Assembly (NCBI GenBank): GCA_965203905.1 | Contig: CBDBDQ010000005.1 | Span: 6,336,001-6,400,000 of the forward strand | DNA length: 64,000 nt | DNA from: Spirochaetia bacterium | GTDB taxonomy: Bacteria > Spirochaetota > Spirochaetia > SZUA-6 > Bin103 | Reading direction: 5' to 3' | Shown here: positions 40,354 through 50,813 of the stretch, in pieces | Layout of the letters: each line of letters opens with the position of its first letter | Position numbering within the stretch: position 1 is the first letter of the stretch | Translations under genes and position numbers: made by a program | Notes under the pieces: generated by a model | What the model was told of the DNA's origin: nothing | What the model saw: the letters and a program-made list of their open reading frames with translations, nothing else | Databases searched by the model: none

Positions 40354-40650
40354 CGATAGGTAGTGCATCGCTCCTGGGATGGGGACCGGTGCACCGGACC
40401 CTCGGCTGGTGCACTGGGAGTCCGGGCTACTGGAAGATCTCATCACATAGCTTTACGCGTTCTCTTGGCCACCGAGGCGGTAGCGACCAAGTTGTGGCAC
40501 ACCGCTTGATCGAGCGATACCTCGGTGACGTCACCATTCAGCCCAAGGGCCTGCCGGCGCACCACTTGCCAGAAACCACCTGCAAGCATGGGCGACAACC
40601 GGCCGTTGTAACGCTATAGTACCAGGAGGTGATTGGTGAGTGATCTCGTC

Positions 40651-41046
40651 ATGACGCTGAGTGACGCCGACCTGCAACACATCGGCCGCTACGTGCGGGC
40701 CGAACTGCCCGGCTGGCTCAACGAGTTGGGGCCGTGGGCGCTGGGCAGCCAGCTCATGGAACGCATGGTTCGGGTCGAGGAGGAGCTGAAGGCGCAGCGT
40801 GAGATTCTGCTGACTCACGTGGAGACCAGTGACCGCCGTTTCGACGACGTGAACCGACGCTTCGAGGATGTCAACCAGCGCTTCGAAGATGTCAACAAAC
40901 GGTTCGACGACGTCAACCAGCGGTTCGAGGATGTGAACAAACGGTTCGACGACAACAACAAGCGCCATACGACAACGCAATGGGCCGTGGGCGTCGGCTT
41001 CGTCGCGCTCACTGCGCTGGTAACGGTGTATCAGTTCCTGGGGTGA
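40651..41046 (+). CDS. Small coiled-coil heptad-repeat protein with C-terminal TM anchor
   Basis: About six RF(E/D)DVN(K/Q/R) repeats then hydrophobic WAVGVGFVALTALVTVYQF. Confidence 0.8.
   Translation: MTLSDADLQHIGRYVRAELPGWLNELGPWALGSQLMERMVRVEEELKAQREILLTHVETSDRRFDDVNRRFEDVNQRFEDVNKRFDDVNQRFEDVNKRFDDNNKRHTTTQWAVGVGFVALTALVTVYQFLG
40835..40965 (+). repeat. 21-bp coding tandem repeat
   Basis: cgNttcgaNgaNgtNaacNaN units. Confidence 0.85.
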
Positions 41047-41081
41047 CGCGAAACGGGTAGCGATCTCCGCACTGCCGCGGC

Positions 41082-41777
41082 TCAGCGATGGTGCAGGTGA
41101 TGGTGCCCCGCTACGCCCCAGGCCGGCGGGCCGTGACGCTTTCCGAGCGCGGTGCAGGCGGCACGCACCCAGGCCGCGACCCGGTCGACGCCGGCGCCGG
41201 TCTTCAGGTTGGTGGTCACGAACGGCAGGTCGCCGCGGGCGGCACGCACGTCGGCCGCCATCCGCTCCAGGTCCACCTCGACGTAGGGAGCCAGGTCCAC
41301 CTTGTTGACCACCAGCAGGTCGCTGCGGGTTATGCCGAGCCCGCCCTTGCGCGGGATGTCGCCCCCTTGCGCCACGTCGATGACGTAGATCTGATAGTCC
41401 ACCAGGTCGGGGCTGAAGCTGGCGGCCAGGTTGTCGCCGCCGCTCTCGATGAACGCCACGCGGGCATCCGCGAATCGCTGCCGCAGCCGTTCCAGGGCGT
41501 CGGCGTTGAGGGAAATGTCGTCGCGTACCGCGGCATGCGGGCACCCGCCGGTCTCCACCCCCACGATGCGTCCGTCACCCAGTGCCCCGGCCCGAATCAG
41601 GAAGTCGGCGTCCTCGCGCGAGTAGATGTCGTTGGTGATGGCGATGATGGAGTGGTCGCATCCCAGCGTCTGGCACAGGCGCAGCAGCAGGTGGCTCTTG
41701 CCGGAGCCCACCGGTCCGCCGATGCCGAAGCGCACAAGCTCAGGGTGATGATGGTGGTTGCCGTGGTTCAGGTCCAT
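41082..41777 (-). CDS. ureG: Urease accessory GTPase
   Basis: [32 protein letters not shown]; His-rich at both termini. Confidence 0.95.
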   Translation of the reverse strand: MDLNHGNHHHHPELVRFGIGGPVGSGKSHLLLRLCQTLGCDHSIIAITNDIYSREDADFLIRAGALGDGRIVGVETGGCPHAAVRDDISLNADALERLRQRFADARVAFIESGGDNLAASFSPDLVDYQIYVIDVAQGGDIPRKGGLGITRSDLLVVNKVDLAPYVEVDLERMAADVRAARGDLPFVTTNLKTGAGVDRVAAWVRAACTALGKRHGPPAWGVAGHHHLHHR

Positions 41778-41789
41778 TCCGTTCTCTCC

Positions 41790-42548
41790 TCAACTGCGGA
41801 AATAGCGCGCCGCCAGCTCGCCGTGGCCAAGCACGGCCAGGTCCCACCCGGGAGTGATTGCGGCCAGGGGGCGACGCGTGCCGATGACCCCGTGTGCCAG
41901 CTCGGCCAGCTCGTGCAGCAGGCCGCCGACCACCGCCAGAGCCGCGGACTGGCCGATGGGAACGGTACGCATCGCCACCTGCGTCCATTGGCGTACGGTG
42001 TTCAGCAGGTATGCCTGCACCAGGGCCTCGCCCTCGAGGTCCAGCGCACCGCCCACGAAGCCCCACGCCACCGGGTGCTGCAGCCGCTGCTCGCTGTCCC
42101 GCGTGGTCTCCACCACGGCGCGGTAGGAGCTGCTCCGACGCAGGCCGGCGAACGCCGCTCCGGCGGCGGTCAGCAGCGAGCGTCCCAGTTGGCCGGCGGC
42201 CGCCCGCGCTTCCCGCGAGGGCAGGAAGCTCGCCACCTCGTCGCTCAGCCGCGCCAGGCGCCGCGCAACGCGCCGCTCCGCCGGAACGGGGTCGCGCCCG
42301 GTGTCCGGTGCGGTGCGCCCCCCTGCCTGGTGTTCGCGGGTGAGCAGCCGGGCGCGTGCCACCGCGCGGCCCTCCAGCGGCGCCACGCCGTAGCGCACGG
42401 CATCGCCGATCCAGGCGGCCAGACTGGCGCTGTCGGTTACCGAGCCGTTGCGGATCGCCCACTCCAGCCCCCAGGAGTGGGCGAAGGCGCCGGTGGGGAA
42501 GGCGCTGTCGGCCAGCACCAGGACCCGGTTGAGCTGGTGGGCGTCCAT
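41790..42548 (-). CDS. ureF: Urease accessory protein
   Basis: LADSAFPTGAFAHSWGLE, R.VPIGQ, C-terminal H.....RYFRS. Confidence 0.93.
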   Translation of the reverse strand: MDAHQLNRVLVLADSAFPTGAFAHSWGLEWAIRNGSVTDSASLAAWIGDAVRYGVAPLEGRAVARARLLTREHQAGGRTAPDTGRDPVPAERRVARRLARLSDEVASFLPSREARAAAGQLGRSLLTAAGAAFAGLRRSSSYRAVVETTRDSEQRLQHPVAWGFVGGALDLEGEALVQAYLLNTVRQWTQVAMRTVPIGQSAALAVVGGLLHELAELAHGVIGTRRPLAAITPGWDLAVLGHGELAARYFRS

Positions 42549-42564
42549 GCGATGCCGCCGACTC

Positions 42565-44304
42565 CTAAAACATGAAGTAGCGCTGCGCCAGCGGGGCCGC
42601 GGCCAGGGGCTCGCACACCAGCAGCTCGCCGTCGGCGCGCACGTTGTAGGAGTCGGCATCCACCTCCATCACCGGCAGCGCATCATTGAGTGGCAGGTCG
42701 CGCTTGCTCAGGCGGCGCGTGTCGCGCACGGGTTCCAGGCGCCGGCGCAGGGCCGGTGCGGCGGCTCCAGCCGCGCCTTCGAGGGCGGCACCACTCAGGA
42801 AGGTGACGCAGGTGGAAGCGCGGGCGGCACCGTGGGCCCCGAACATGGGCCGCCCCCACACCGGCTGCGGCGTGGGAATGGAGGCGTTGGCATCGCCCAT
42901 GGCGGCAAAGGCGATGAAGCCGCCCTTGAGCACCAGTTGCGGGTGCACCCCGAAGAACGCGGGATGCCACAGCGTCAGGTCCGCCAGCTTGCCCACCTCC
43001 ACCGACCCGATCAGGGTGCCGACCCCGTGCGCCACGGCGGGACAGATGGTGTACTTGGCGACGTAGCGCTTGATGCGTCCGTTGTCGTGTCCCGCCGGGT
43101 CCCCGGCGAGCGCGCCGCGCTGCACCTTCATCTTGTGCGCGGTCTGCCAGGTGCGGGTGATCACCTCGCCGACCCGTCCCATCGCCTGGCTGTCGCTGGC
43201 CATGATGCTGATCGCGCCCAGGTCGTGCAGGATGTCCTCGGCGGCGATCGTCTGCGGCCGGATGCGGCTGTCCGCGAACGCCACGTCCTCGGGAATCGAG
43301 GGATCGAGGTGGTGGCACACCATCAGCATGTCGCGGTGCTCCGCCACCGTGTTGACGGTGAACGGCCGCGTGGGGTTGGTGGAGCTGGGCAGCACGTTGC
43401 TCTCCCCACACACCCGCAGGATGTCGGGTGCGTGGCCGCCGCCGGCACCCTCGGAGTGAAAGGTGTGGATGGTGCGGCCCCGGAAGGCGCGAATCGTGTC
43501 TTCCACGAAGCCCGCTTCGTTGAGGGTGTCGGTGTGGATCGCCACCTGCACGTCGCTTTCGTCGGCTACTCCCAGGCAGCAGTCGATGGCGGCGGGCGTA
43601 GTCCCCCAGTCCTCGTGCAGTTTGAGTCCGCAAGCGCCCGCCGCCACCTGCTCGCGCAGCGGTTCCGGCAGTGCGCTGTTGCCCTTGCCGAAGAACCCGA
43701 GGTTCACCGGGTAGGCCTCGGCGGCTTCCAGCATGCGCGCGATGTTCCACGCCCCCGGCGTGCAGGTGGTCGCCAGCGTGCCGTGGGCCGGCCCGGTGCC
43801 GCCTCCAAGAAGGGTGGTGACGCCACTGGTGATCGCCGTGGTCACCAACTGCGGGCAGATGAAGTGGATGTGACTGTCGATGGCGCCGGCGGTGCAGATC
43901 ATCCCTTCGCCGGCGATCACCTCGGTGCCCGGCCCGATCGCCAGGGCGCGGTCGACAGCGTCCTGCAGGCCGGGGTTGCCGGCCTTGCCGATGCCACAGA
44001 TCAGGCCGTCGCGCACGCCGATGTCGGCCTTGAAGATGCCGCGGTAGTCGACGATGAGGGCGTTGGTGATCACCAGGTCGGGAGCGCCGGAAGCGCGGGT
44101 GGCACGCGGATCCTGGCCCATCCCGTCACGGATCACCTTGCCGCCACCGAACTTCACCTCGTCACCGGAGACGGTGAGATCGCGCTCCACCTCCAGCACC
44201 AGCTCGGTGTCCGCCAGCCGCATGCGGTCCCCGGTGGTGGGACCGAACATGCCGGCATGGCCGCTGCCGCTGGTGGCGAACCCGCCGCGGGAACCGTTAC
44301 CCAT
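42565..44304 (-). CDS. ureC: Urease alpha subunit
   Basis: [46 protein letters not shown]. Confidence 0.98.
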   Translation of the reverse strand: MGNGSRGGFATSGSGHAGMFGPTTGDRMRLADTELVLEVERDLTVSGDEVKFGGGKVIRDGMGQDPRATRASGAPDLVITNALIVDYRGIFKADIGVRDGLICGIGKAGNPGLQDAVDRALAIGPGTEVIAGEGMICTAGAIDSHIHFICPQLVTTAITSGVTTLLGGGTGPAHGTLATTCTPGAWNIARMLEAAEAYPVNLGFFGKGNSALPEPLREQVAAGACGLKLHEDWGTTPAAIDCCLGVADESDVQVAIHTDTLNEAGFVEDTIRAFRGRTIHTFHSEGAGGGHAPDILRVCGESNVLPSSTNPTRPFTVNTVAEHRDMLMVCHHLDPSIPEDVAFADSRIRPQTIAAEDILHDLGAISIMASDSQAMGRVGEVITRTWQTAHKMKVQRGALAGDPAGHDNGRIKRYVAKYTICPAVAHGVGTLIGSVEVGKLADLTLWHPAFFGVHPQLVLKGGFIAFAAMGDANASIPTPQPVWGRPMFGAHGAARASTCVTFLSGAALEGAAGAAAPALRRRLEPVRDTRRLSKRDLPLNDALPVMEVDADSYNVRADGELLVCEPLAAAPLAQRYFMF

Positions 44305-44707
44305 TGCCGAATCCCCGCTCGCGGATCGCCGCCATGGCCGTGGTCCGCACCGACTCGTCATCCAGGGCGCCGTTCACCAGCCCGTTCAGGCCGTGGCAGA
44401 CGCGCTCGCCGCCGAACGCCACCAGCGTCACCGTATGGCGCTGCCCCGGTTCGAAGCGCACCGCCGTGCCGGCGGGTATGGCGAGCTTCATGCCGTACGC
44501 CCGCGCCCGCTCGAACACCAGCGCTCGGTTTACTTCAAAAAAATGAAAGTGGCTGCCCACCTGAATCGGGCGGTCGCCGCGGTTGGCCACCTGGAGCTGG
44601 ACCGTGGACCGCTCCGGCAGGCTGCGCCAGGAGGCGCGCGCGGGCCAGATCTGGCCGGGGGCCCAGCCGTTGGCCGGTGCCTGGTCGTTGCCGTGGTGCT
44701 GTTTCAT
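44297..44707 (-). CDS. ureB: Urease beta subunit
   Basis: [27 protein letters not shown]. Confidence 0.97.
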   Translation of the reverse strand: MKQHHGNDQAPANGWAPGQIWPARASWRSLPERSTVQLQVANRGDRPIQVGSHFHFFEVNRALVFERARAYGMKLAIPAGTAVRFEPGQRHTVTLVAFGGERVCHGLNGLVNGALDDESVRTTAMAAIRERGFGNG

Positions 44708-44713
44708 GGCTCT

Positions 44714-44741
44714 CTCATTGAATCGGGCTCATTGAATCGGG
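44714..44741. repeat. 14-bp tandem duplication spanning the ureA stop
   Basis: ctcattgaatcggg twice. Confidence 0.85.
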
Positions 44742-45028
44742 TGATGCAGCGTCACCAGCTTGGTGCCGTCGGGGAACGTCGCTTCCACCTGAACGCTGGG
44801 AATCATCTCCGGCACGCCGCTCATCACCTGCTCCGCGCCCAGGATCCCCGGGCCCAGCTCGACGATGTCGGCGAGTGACCGGCCCTCCCGCGCCCACTCC
44901 ATGATCTGGGTGGCGATGATCGCGGTAGCCTCCGGATAATTCAGCCTCACGCCGCGCGCCAAGCGGTCGCGCGCCACCATCGCGGCGACCGCAAGCAGCA
45001 GCTTTTCGCGTTCGTGTGGGGTAAACAT
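44729..45028 (-). CDS. ureA: Urease gamma subunit
   Basis: [27 protein letters not shown]. Confidence 0.97.
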   Translation of the reverse strand: MFTPHEREKLLLAVAAMVARDRLARGVRLNYPEATAIIATQIMEWAREGRSLADIVELGPGILGAEQVMSGVPEMIPSVQVEATFPDGTKLVTLHHPIQ

Positions 45029-45043
45029 CTCCTGTGGACTCCG

Positions 45044-45742
45044 TCAGAGCATCAGGTGGCTCTCCACCACCTCGCGGCTGGCCGCTCCCGCGCGTCCCTC
45101 GTGCACGATCGTCCCCTGGTCCATGATGTACACCCGGTCGGCGAGGCGCAGCGCGAAGTCGAGCGATTGTTCCACCAGCAGGATCGAAAGATCGCCCTGC
45201 GCGCGGATTTCGCGCACCGCCTGCTCAACCTCGTGCACGATCGACGGCTGGATGCCCTCGGTCGGCTCGTCGAGCAGCAGCAGGCGCGGTTGGGTGATCA
45301 GGACCCGGGCGATGGCCAGTTGCTGCTGCTGCCCGCCGCTCAGGTCGCCGCCGCGGCGGGTGAGGATTCGCTGCAACTCGGGGAACAGTTCCCACACCCA
45401 GGCCGGCGCCCGCTCGCGCGAGCCGCCGCGCGCCTCCAGGCCCAGGAACAGGTTCTCGGCCACCGACAGGAAGGGGAAGATCTCCCGGCCCTGCGGCACG
45501 TAGCCGATCCCGGCACGGGAGCGGCGGTCTGCGGTCCACCCGGTCACGTCGGCGTCGTTGAAGGTAATGGTCCCGGCGCGCGCGGCCAGCACCCCCACCA
45601 GGGTCTTCATCAGGGTCGACTTGCCGACGCCGTTGCGACCCATCAGGGCCACCACCTCCCCGGCGGCCACGTTCACCTCGAGGTCGTGCACCACGGTAGA
45701 ACTGCCGTAGCCGGAGCGCAGGGCGCGGGTCTCAAGCAGCAT
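45044..45742 (-). CDS. urtE: Urea ABC transporter ATPase
   Basis: GRNGVGKS, PQGREIFP, LSGGQQQQLAIAR, DEPTEGIQPS. Confidence 0.93.
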   Translation of the reverse strand: MLLETRALRSGYGSSTVVHDLEVNVAAGEVVALMGRNGVGKSTLMKTLVGVLAARAGTITFNDADVTGWTADRRSRAGIGYVPQGREIFPFLSVAENLFLGLEARGGSRERAPAWVWELFPELQRILTRRGGDLSGGQQQQLAIARVLITQPRLLLLDEPTEGIQPSIVHEVEQAVREIRAQGDLSILLVEQSLDFALRLADRVYIMDQGTIVHEGRAGAASREVVESHLML

Positions 45743-46496
45743 GACTGCCGTCGGCGCCGCGTCCCAGATAGACGTCGATCACCGTGGGATCCCGCTTCAC
45801 GGTGTCGAAGTCCCCCTCGCAGATCACGCGGCCGGCGTGCAGCACCGTGACCAGGCTGGAGAAGCGCCCCACGAACTGCATGTCGTGCTCCACCACCACC
45901 ACCGAACGCTGAGCGGCGATCGCCTCCAGAATCGTCCCGGTCCGTTCCCGCTCGCCCGCGGTCATCCCGGCCACCGGCTCGTCCACCAGCAGCAACTCCG
46001 GGTCCTGGACGATCGCCATGGCCAGTTCCAGCCACTGTTTCTCGCCGTGGGCCAGGACGCCGGCAACCGCGCCGCGGCGGTCGCTCAACCCCACCATCTC
46101 CAGCACTTCCGCAACCCGGCGCCGCGCGGCGCGCCCCGCCTGCTGGAAGGTGGCGGCCAGGAACCCGCCCGGTACTTCGGCGGCGAGTTGCATGTTCTGG
46201 TCCACGGTGAGACTGTCGAACACCGACGGCGCCTGGAACTTGCGGCTGATGCCGAGGCGCGCGATGGCATCCTGGTCGTGGGCCAGCAGGTCGACCTGGT
46301 TGGCGAACTGGACCCGCCCCGAAACCGGCTTCACCTTGCCGCAGATCACGTCCAGCAGGGTGGTCTTGCCGGCGCCGTTGGGGCCGATCAGGAAGCGCAG
46401 CTCGCCCTTGCGCACGATCAGGTTGACATGCTCCAGCGCCTTGAAGCCGTCGAAATCCACGGTCACCGACTCGACGTACAGGATGTCGTTCAGCAT
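45732..46496 (-). CDS. urtD: Urea ABC transporter ATPase
   Basis: FDGFKAL, IGPNGAGKTT, RKFQ.PSVF, HGEKQWLE. Confidence 0.93.
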   Translation of the reverse strand: MLNDILYVESVTVDFDGFKALEHVNLIVRKGELRFLIGPNGAGKTTLLDVICGKVKPVSGRVQFANQVDLLAHDQDAIARLGISRKFQAPSVFDSLTVDQNMQLAAEVPGGFLAATFQQAGRAARRRVAEVLEMVGLSDRRGAVAGVLAHGEKQWLELAMAIVQDPELLLVDEPVAGMTAGERERTGTILEAIAAQRSVVVVEHDMQFVGRFSSLVTVLHAGRVICEGDFDTVKRDPTVIDVYLGRGADGSHAA

Positions 46497-47680
46497 GGTT
46501 TGTCCCTCTCGCTGCTGCCGGCCGGAGCCACCGGCAGGCCGTTCGCGGTCCGGTTCGCGGAGCCGTCGGGTGGCAGCGGTGAGCGGTGGTTGTCTCCTTC
46601 CGCTGCCGCTGTCGGCGGTCGCTGCGCTCGCGCAAGGCGCTGCCGCAGCGAACCTACCCACGGCAGCTCGCGGATCTGCCCCACGATCCCCGCGAGCCCC
46701 CTCGGGAACAGCAGCACCACGCCGATGAACAGCCCGCCGAACACGTAGAGCCACATTTCCGGCAGCGACTCGCTGAACACGGTCTTGGCCCAGTTGACCA
46801 CCACCGCCCCGGCGGCGGCCCCGACGATGGTGCCGCGACCGCCGACCGCTACCCACACCGCCATCTCCACGGAGGGTAGAATGCCCATCGAAGAGGGGCT
46901 GATGATCCCCACCTGGGGCACGAACAGCGCGCCGGCGAAGCCGGCAATGGCGGCCGACAGGGCGAACGTCACCACCTTGTAGCGCACCGGGTTGTAGCCG
47001 AGGAAGCGCAGCCGGTTCTCGCCGTCGCGAATCGCCATCAGCACCGTGCCGGTCTTGGTCCGCACCAGCCAGCGGGCCAGCACGACCACTCCGATCAGGG
47101 TGACGACCGTAAGCAGGTACAGACCGAGCCGCACGCCCGAGCTGTACAGCGAGAGGCCGGCCACCGAGCGGAAGTTGGTCATGCCGTTGGTGCCGCCGGT
47201 GAACGGCTGCTGACCGATGAACAGGATCATCATCGCCAGCGCCAGCGCCTGGGTGAGGATCGAGAAGTAGACGCCGCGGATCCCCGACCGGAACGTGGGA
47301 TAGCCGACGATGATCGCGAACAGGGCGGGAATGACCACCGCCATCGGCAGCGCCACGACGAAGTGGCGGAACGGCTCCCAGAACCAGGGCAACTGTTCCA
47401 GTCCGCTCCACACCATGAAGTCGGGCAACTCCTCCGACTGCAGCTTCATGTGCATCGCCATGCTGTAGGCGCCGAGGCTGAAGAACACGCCGTGCCCGAG
47501 GCTCAGCACGCCGGCGTAGCCCCACAGCAGGTCGAGCCCCACCGCGGCGACGGCGAACGCCAGGTACTTTCCTACCAGCGCCAGGCGGAAGTCGGACAGC
47601 AGCAGCGGCAGCACCAGCAGCACCCCCACCACCACCGCGTAGCCAAGGTAGCTCCAGCGCGGCGTCACCCGGGCGGGCAT
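46490..47680 (-). CDS. urtC: Urea ABC transporter permease
   Basis: GKYL.FA, WGY.G.LSLGHG, LPDFM.W, GVYFSI.TQAL, VPQVGIISP. Confidence 0.93.
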   Translation of the reverse strand: MPARVTPRWSYLGYAVVVGVLLVLPLLLSDFRLALVGKYLAFAVAAVGLDLLWGYAGVLSLGHGVFFSLGAYSMAMHMKLQSEELPDFMVWSGLEQLPWFWEPFRHFVVALPMAVVIPALFAIIVGYPTFRSGIRGVYFSILTQALALAMMILFIGQQPFTGGTNGMTNFRSVAGLSLYSSGVRLGLYLLTVVTLIGVVVLARWLVRTKTGTVLMAIRDGENRLRFLGYNPVRYKVVTFALSAAIAGFAGALFVPQVGIISPSSMGILPSVEMAVWVAVGGRGTIVGAAAGAVVVNWAKTVFSESLPEMWLYVFGGLFIGVVLLFPRGLAGIVGQIRELPWVGSLRQRLARAQRPPTAAAEGDNHRSPLPPDGSANRTANGLPVAPAGSSERDKPC

Positions 47681-48588
47681 CAGCGCTGCCCCTCCAGGGC
47701 CCGGGTGCGCAGCACCAGGAACCCCGCCGGCTTGTACTGCAGGAACACCACGATCAGGGCGAAGATGATCACCTTGCCCATCGACGAGGTGGTGATGAAC
47801 TCGAACAGCGGGCTGGCGGCGCCGATCAGCACCGCACCGGCCACCGAGCCGGCGATGGAACCGACACCCCCGAGCACCACCACCATGAAGGAGTCGATGA
47901 TCCAGTTCTGGCCGGTCGCGGGACCGACCGAGCCGAGCAGGCTCACCACGCAGCCTGCTACCCCCGCCAGGCCGCTGCCCAGGGCGAACGTGCGCGCGTC
48001 TACCGCCGCGGTGTTGATGCCCATGGCGGCGGCCATCGGCCGGTTCTGCATCACCGCGCGCATGCTGCACCCGGCCCGCGTCCGGTTCAGGAACAGGTAG
48101 GTGCCCACCACGCACAGCACCGCCACGCCGATGATGAACAGCCGGTTGGTGGGCAGTTGCACGCCCTCGGCGAGCGCCAGGCCGCCTTGCAGCCAGTCCG
48201 GCGTGCGCACCTCCACGTTGGAGGCGCCGAACACGTTGCGCGCGAGCTGCTGCAGGATGAGGCTCAGGCCCCAGGTTGCCAGGATGCTCTCGAACGGGCG
48301 CCCGTAGAGGAAGCGGATCAGGGAACGCTCGGTAAGGAAGCCGAGTGCGGCCGTCACCACGAAGGCCGCCACCAGCGCCACCAAGTACCAGCTGCCGCCC
48401 AGGGGGGCGTGCAGCAGCCGGTCCACCACGTAGGTGGTGTAGGCGCCGACCATCACGAACTCGCCGTGGGCGAAGTTGATCACGCCCATGATGCCGAAGG
48501 TGATGCTCAGCCCCAGCGCCACCATCAGCAGCACGCTGCTGATGCTCAGGCTGTTGAAGAGCTGCATCGCGGTAGTGGTAAGGGTCAC
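47680..48588 (-). CDS. urtB: Urea ABC transporter permease
   Basis: LGL.ITFG.MGVIN.AHGEF, LYGRP...LATWG, IDSFMVVVLGG. Confidence 0.93.
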   Translation of the reverse strand: MTLTTTAMQLFNSLSISSVLLMVALGLSITFGIMGVINFAHGEFVMVGAYTTYVVDRLLHAPLGGSWYLVALVAAFVVTAALGFLTERSLIRFLYGRPFESILATWGLSLILQQLARNVFGASNVEVRTPDWLQGGLALAEGVQLPTNRLFIIGVAVLCVVGTYLFLNRTRAGCSMRAVMQNRPMAAAMGINTAAVDARTFALGSGLAGVAGCVVSLLGSVGPATGQNWIIDSFMVVVLGGVGSIAGSVAGAVLIGAASPLFEFITTSSMGKVIIFALIVVFLQYKPAGFLVLRTRALEGQR

Positions 48589-48686
48589 CTCACTCTCTCC
48601 TGTGCACACATGGCGCGGCCGGCGCGGAGCACCGTAGGACGATGCTCCGGCGACGGCCGCGCCGGACCGTTCGAATTCTCGCAGCG

Positions 48687-49931
48687 CTAGTTGCTTGCGC
48701 TGCGGGTTGTCCGCGGGCCCATCACGCCGGGCTCGACCACGTCCTCGTCGGGAGAGATCAGCTCGGGATAGGGGTCGGGCCGCACCGGCTCGCCGGTGGA
48801 CCACAGGATGTCGAACTGCCCCTCGGAGTTGACGGCTCCGATCTGGACGATCTTCCAGGTGTGGTTGTTCACCGGGTCGATCTTGACCATGCCCTCGGGA
48901 GCCTCGAACTCGACGCCGCGCAGCGCCATGCGCACCTCGCCGGTGTCGGCGGTGCCGGCCTTCTTCACCGCTTCCGCCCACAGGTAGACACCGAAGTAGC
49001 CCGCCTCGATGGGATCGTCGGTGACGCGGTCGGCGCCGTAGGCCGCCTTGTAGCGTTCCACGAAGCCCGCGTTCTTGGGGCTGTCCATGCTCTGGAAGTA
49101 GTTCCATGCCGCCAGGTGGCCCTCGATGAACTCGGCCCCGATGCCCTTGATCTCCTCCTCGGCAACGCTTACCGACATCACCGGAATGTCCCCCGGACCG
49201 ATGCCCGCGGCCTTGAGCTGCTTGAAGAAGGCCACGTTGCTGTCGCCGTTCAGGGTGTTGAAGATCACGTCCGGGTTCGCGGCCTGGATCTTGTTGATCA
49301 CGGTGGCGTACTCGGTGTGGCCGAGCGGGGTGTACTCCTCCGCCACCGTGGTGCCGCCCTCCGCCTCGAGCTGGATCTTGATGATCTTGTTGGCGGTGCG
49401 CGGGAACACGTAGTCGGAGCCGAGCAGGAAGAACTTGGTGCCCTTCTCCTGCAGCAGCCACGACACTGCGGGCATGATCTGCTGATTGGGCGCCGCCCCG
49501 GTGTAGATGATGTTCTTGGATGCCTCCAGCCCTTCATACTGCACGGGGTAGAACAGCAGGTGGTCGAGACCTTCGAACACCGGCAGCACCGCCTTGCGGC
49601 TGGCCGAAGTCCAGCAGCCGAACACCACCTGGACCTGGTCGCGTTCGATCAGCTTGCGCGCCTTCTCGGCAAACGTAGGCCAGTCGGAGGCGCCGTCCTC
49701 GATGATCGGTACGATCTGCTTGCCGAGCAGACCGCCGGCCGCATTGATCTCGTTGATCGCCAGAATGGTGGCGTCCTTTACCGCTACCTCGCTGATCGAC
49801 ATGGTGCCGCTCAGCGAATGCAGGACGCCGACTTTGATGACGTCGCCCGCTTCATCCTCACCGCCGGCGAATGCGATGAGGGGCAGAAGCAGGGCGACAC
49901 ATACCAGGAGCAGAGCTCGTGGGATACGCAT
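48687..49931 (-). CDS. urtA: Urea ABC transporter substrate-binding protein
   Basis: [51 protein letters not shown]. Confidence 0.95.
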   Translation of the reverse strand: MRIPRALLLVCVALLLPLIAFAGGEDEAGDVIKVGVLHSLSGTMSISEVAVKDATILAINEINAAGGLLGKQIVPIIEDGASDWPTFAEKARKLIERDQVQVVFGCWTSASRKAVLPVFEGLDHLLFYPVQYEGLEASKNIIYTGAAPNQQIMPAVSWLLQEKGTKFFLLGSDYVFPRTANKIIKIQLEAEGGTTVAEEYTPLGHTEYATVINKIQAANPDVIFNTLNGDSNVAFFKQLKAAGIGPGDIPVMSVSVAEEEIKGIGAEFIEGHLAAWNYFQSMDSPKNAGFVERYKAAYGADRVTDDPIEAGYFGVYLWAEAVKKAGTADTGEVRMALRGVEFEAPEGMVKIDPVNNHTWKIVQIGAVNSEGQFDILWSTGEPVRPDPYPELISPDEDVVEPGVMGPRTTRSASN

Positions 49932-49985
49932 TGGTTCCTCCACAGTTTGGTGAGGTCGTTGTATGAGGGCCCTCATGCGTATATA

Positions 49986-50002
49986 AGCAAACTCCATGCC
50001 AA
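49986..50002 (-). promoter_or_regulatory. sigma54 (-24/-12) promoter of the urt-ure operon
   Basis: Minus strand TTGGCATGGAGTTTGCT, GG-N10-GC, about 55 bp before the urtA ATG. Confidence 0.8.
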
Positions 50003-50145
50003 CCCCGATCGTGCCGGATTGTGGAGCGGAATCAGGACCGTTCGAGAAGATGTCTTACATTTCCGTATGATAGGTTCCATGATTGATACCTGACTGTAGG
50101 ATTATTCTCGATACAAGCCATCACTCAGTCAAAAGTACTAGGCCG

Positions 50146-50408
50146 AGGTAAGCGGCGAGCTGCTGGACGTCGAGGCGGAGCTGGAGCTGGGCTCGGCCGA
50201 CTGCGTGGGCGTGGTGGTGCGCGGGGTGCCGGTGTTCTACGACCGGCGCCTGGGCGCGCTGTGCTGCGGCGGCTACACGGTGCCGCTGCCGGCTCCCGAG
50301 GGTCCGTTCAAGTGGCGGATCCTGGCCGACCGCGCCTCGCTTGAGCTGTACGCGGACGATGGCGCGGTGACCATTGCCGCAGGCATCATCCTGCCGGAGT
50401 GGGAGACC
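50146..50408 (+). pseudogene. GH32 C-terminal beta-sandwich fragment
   Basis: GELLDVEAEL...VRGVPV.YD...RILADRASLELYADDG; no start or stop of its own. Confidence 0.6.
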
Positions 50409-50409
50409 G

Positions 50410-50679
50410 CTGCTGCTGGTCGAGTCGCTGACTACCTACCTGCTGGGCGCAGCGGCAGCTCTCGGTCTCGGTCTGGCCGCGGGCGCCGCCATCAACGCCT
50501 TGGGTATCACCTTCGTGCCGATCGGCAGCAATCTCGCCGTGCCCTTCTACATCGACCTGGAGTTGAGGTACTTCGTGGTACCCGCCATCATCACGCTGCT
50601 GATGACCGGCGCCGCCACGCTGGTTCCCACGCTGCGTACGGCTCGCCTCAGCATCGCGTCCGTCCTGCGTCACGACTGA
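50410..50679 (+). pseudogene. 3' fragment of an FtsX/LolE-type ABC permease
   Basis: LVES....LLG...LGL...P.....P...ARL.I...LR*; fused abruptly to the GH32 fragment. Confidence 0.6.
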
Positions 50680-50813
50680 GGCGGTCCGGCGTCCTGGGGA
50701 GTGCCGGCGCACGTGAGAGGCAGCGTTATCTCCGACGGCAAGGTTCACGCCGGAGACGCATGGACGGGGCTGCCGCCTGGGCTGAACATGCCGCTTCGGT
50801 CGACTGCGTTGCG

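Noticed and set aside
40354-40630. tRNA or riboswitch in the spacer with the caccgagg/cctcggtg inverted repeat
   Set aside because: No cloverleaf or known aptamer signature; the short repeat is plausible by chance.
40835-40965. Tandem repeats here and at 57635-57760 as CRISPR or guide arrays
   Set aside because: 21-bp in-frame coding units with third-position variation, no spacers and no cas genes.
44297-45028. Fused ureA-ureB broken by the 14-bp duplication
   Set aside because: Removing one copy still leaves the ureA stop and a separate ureB start.
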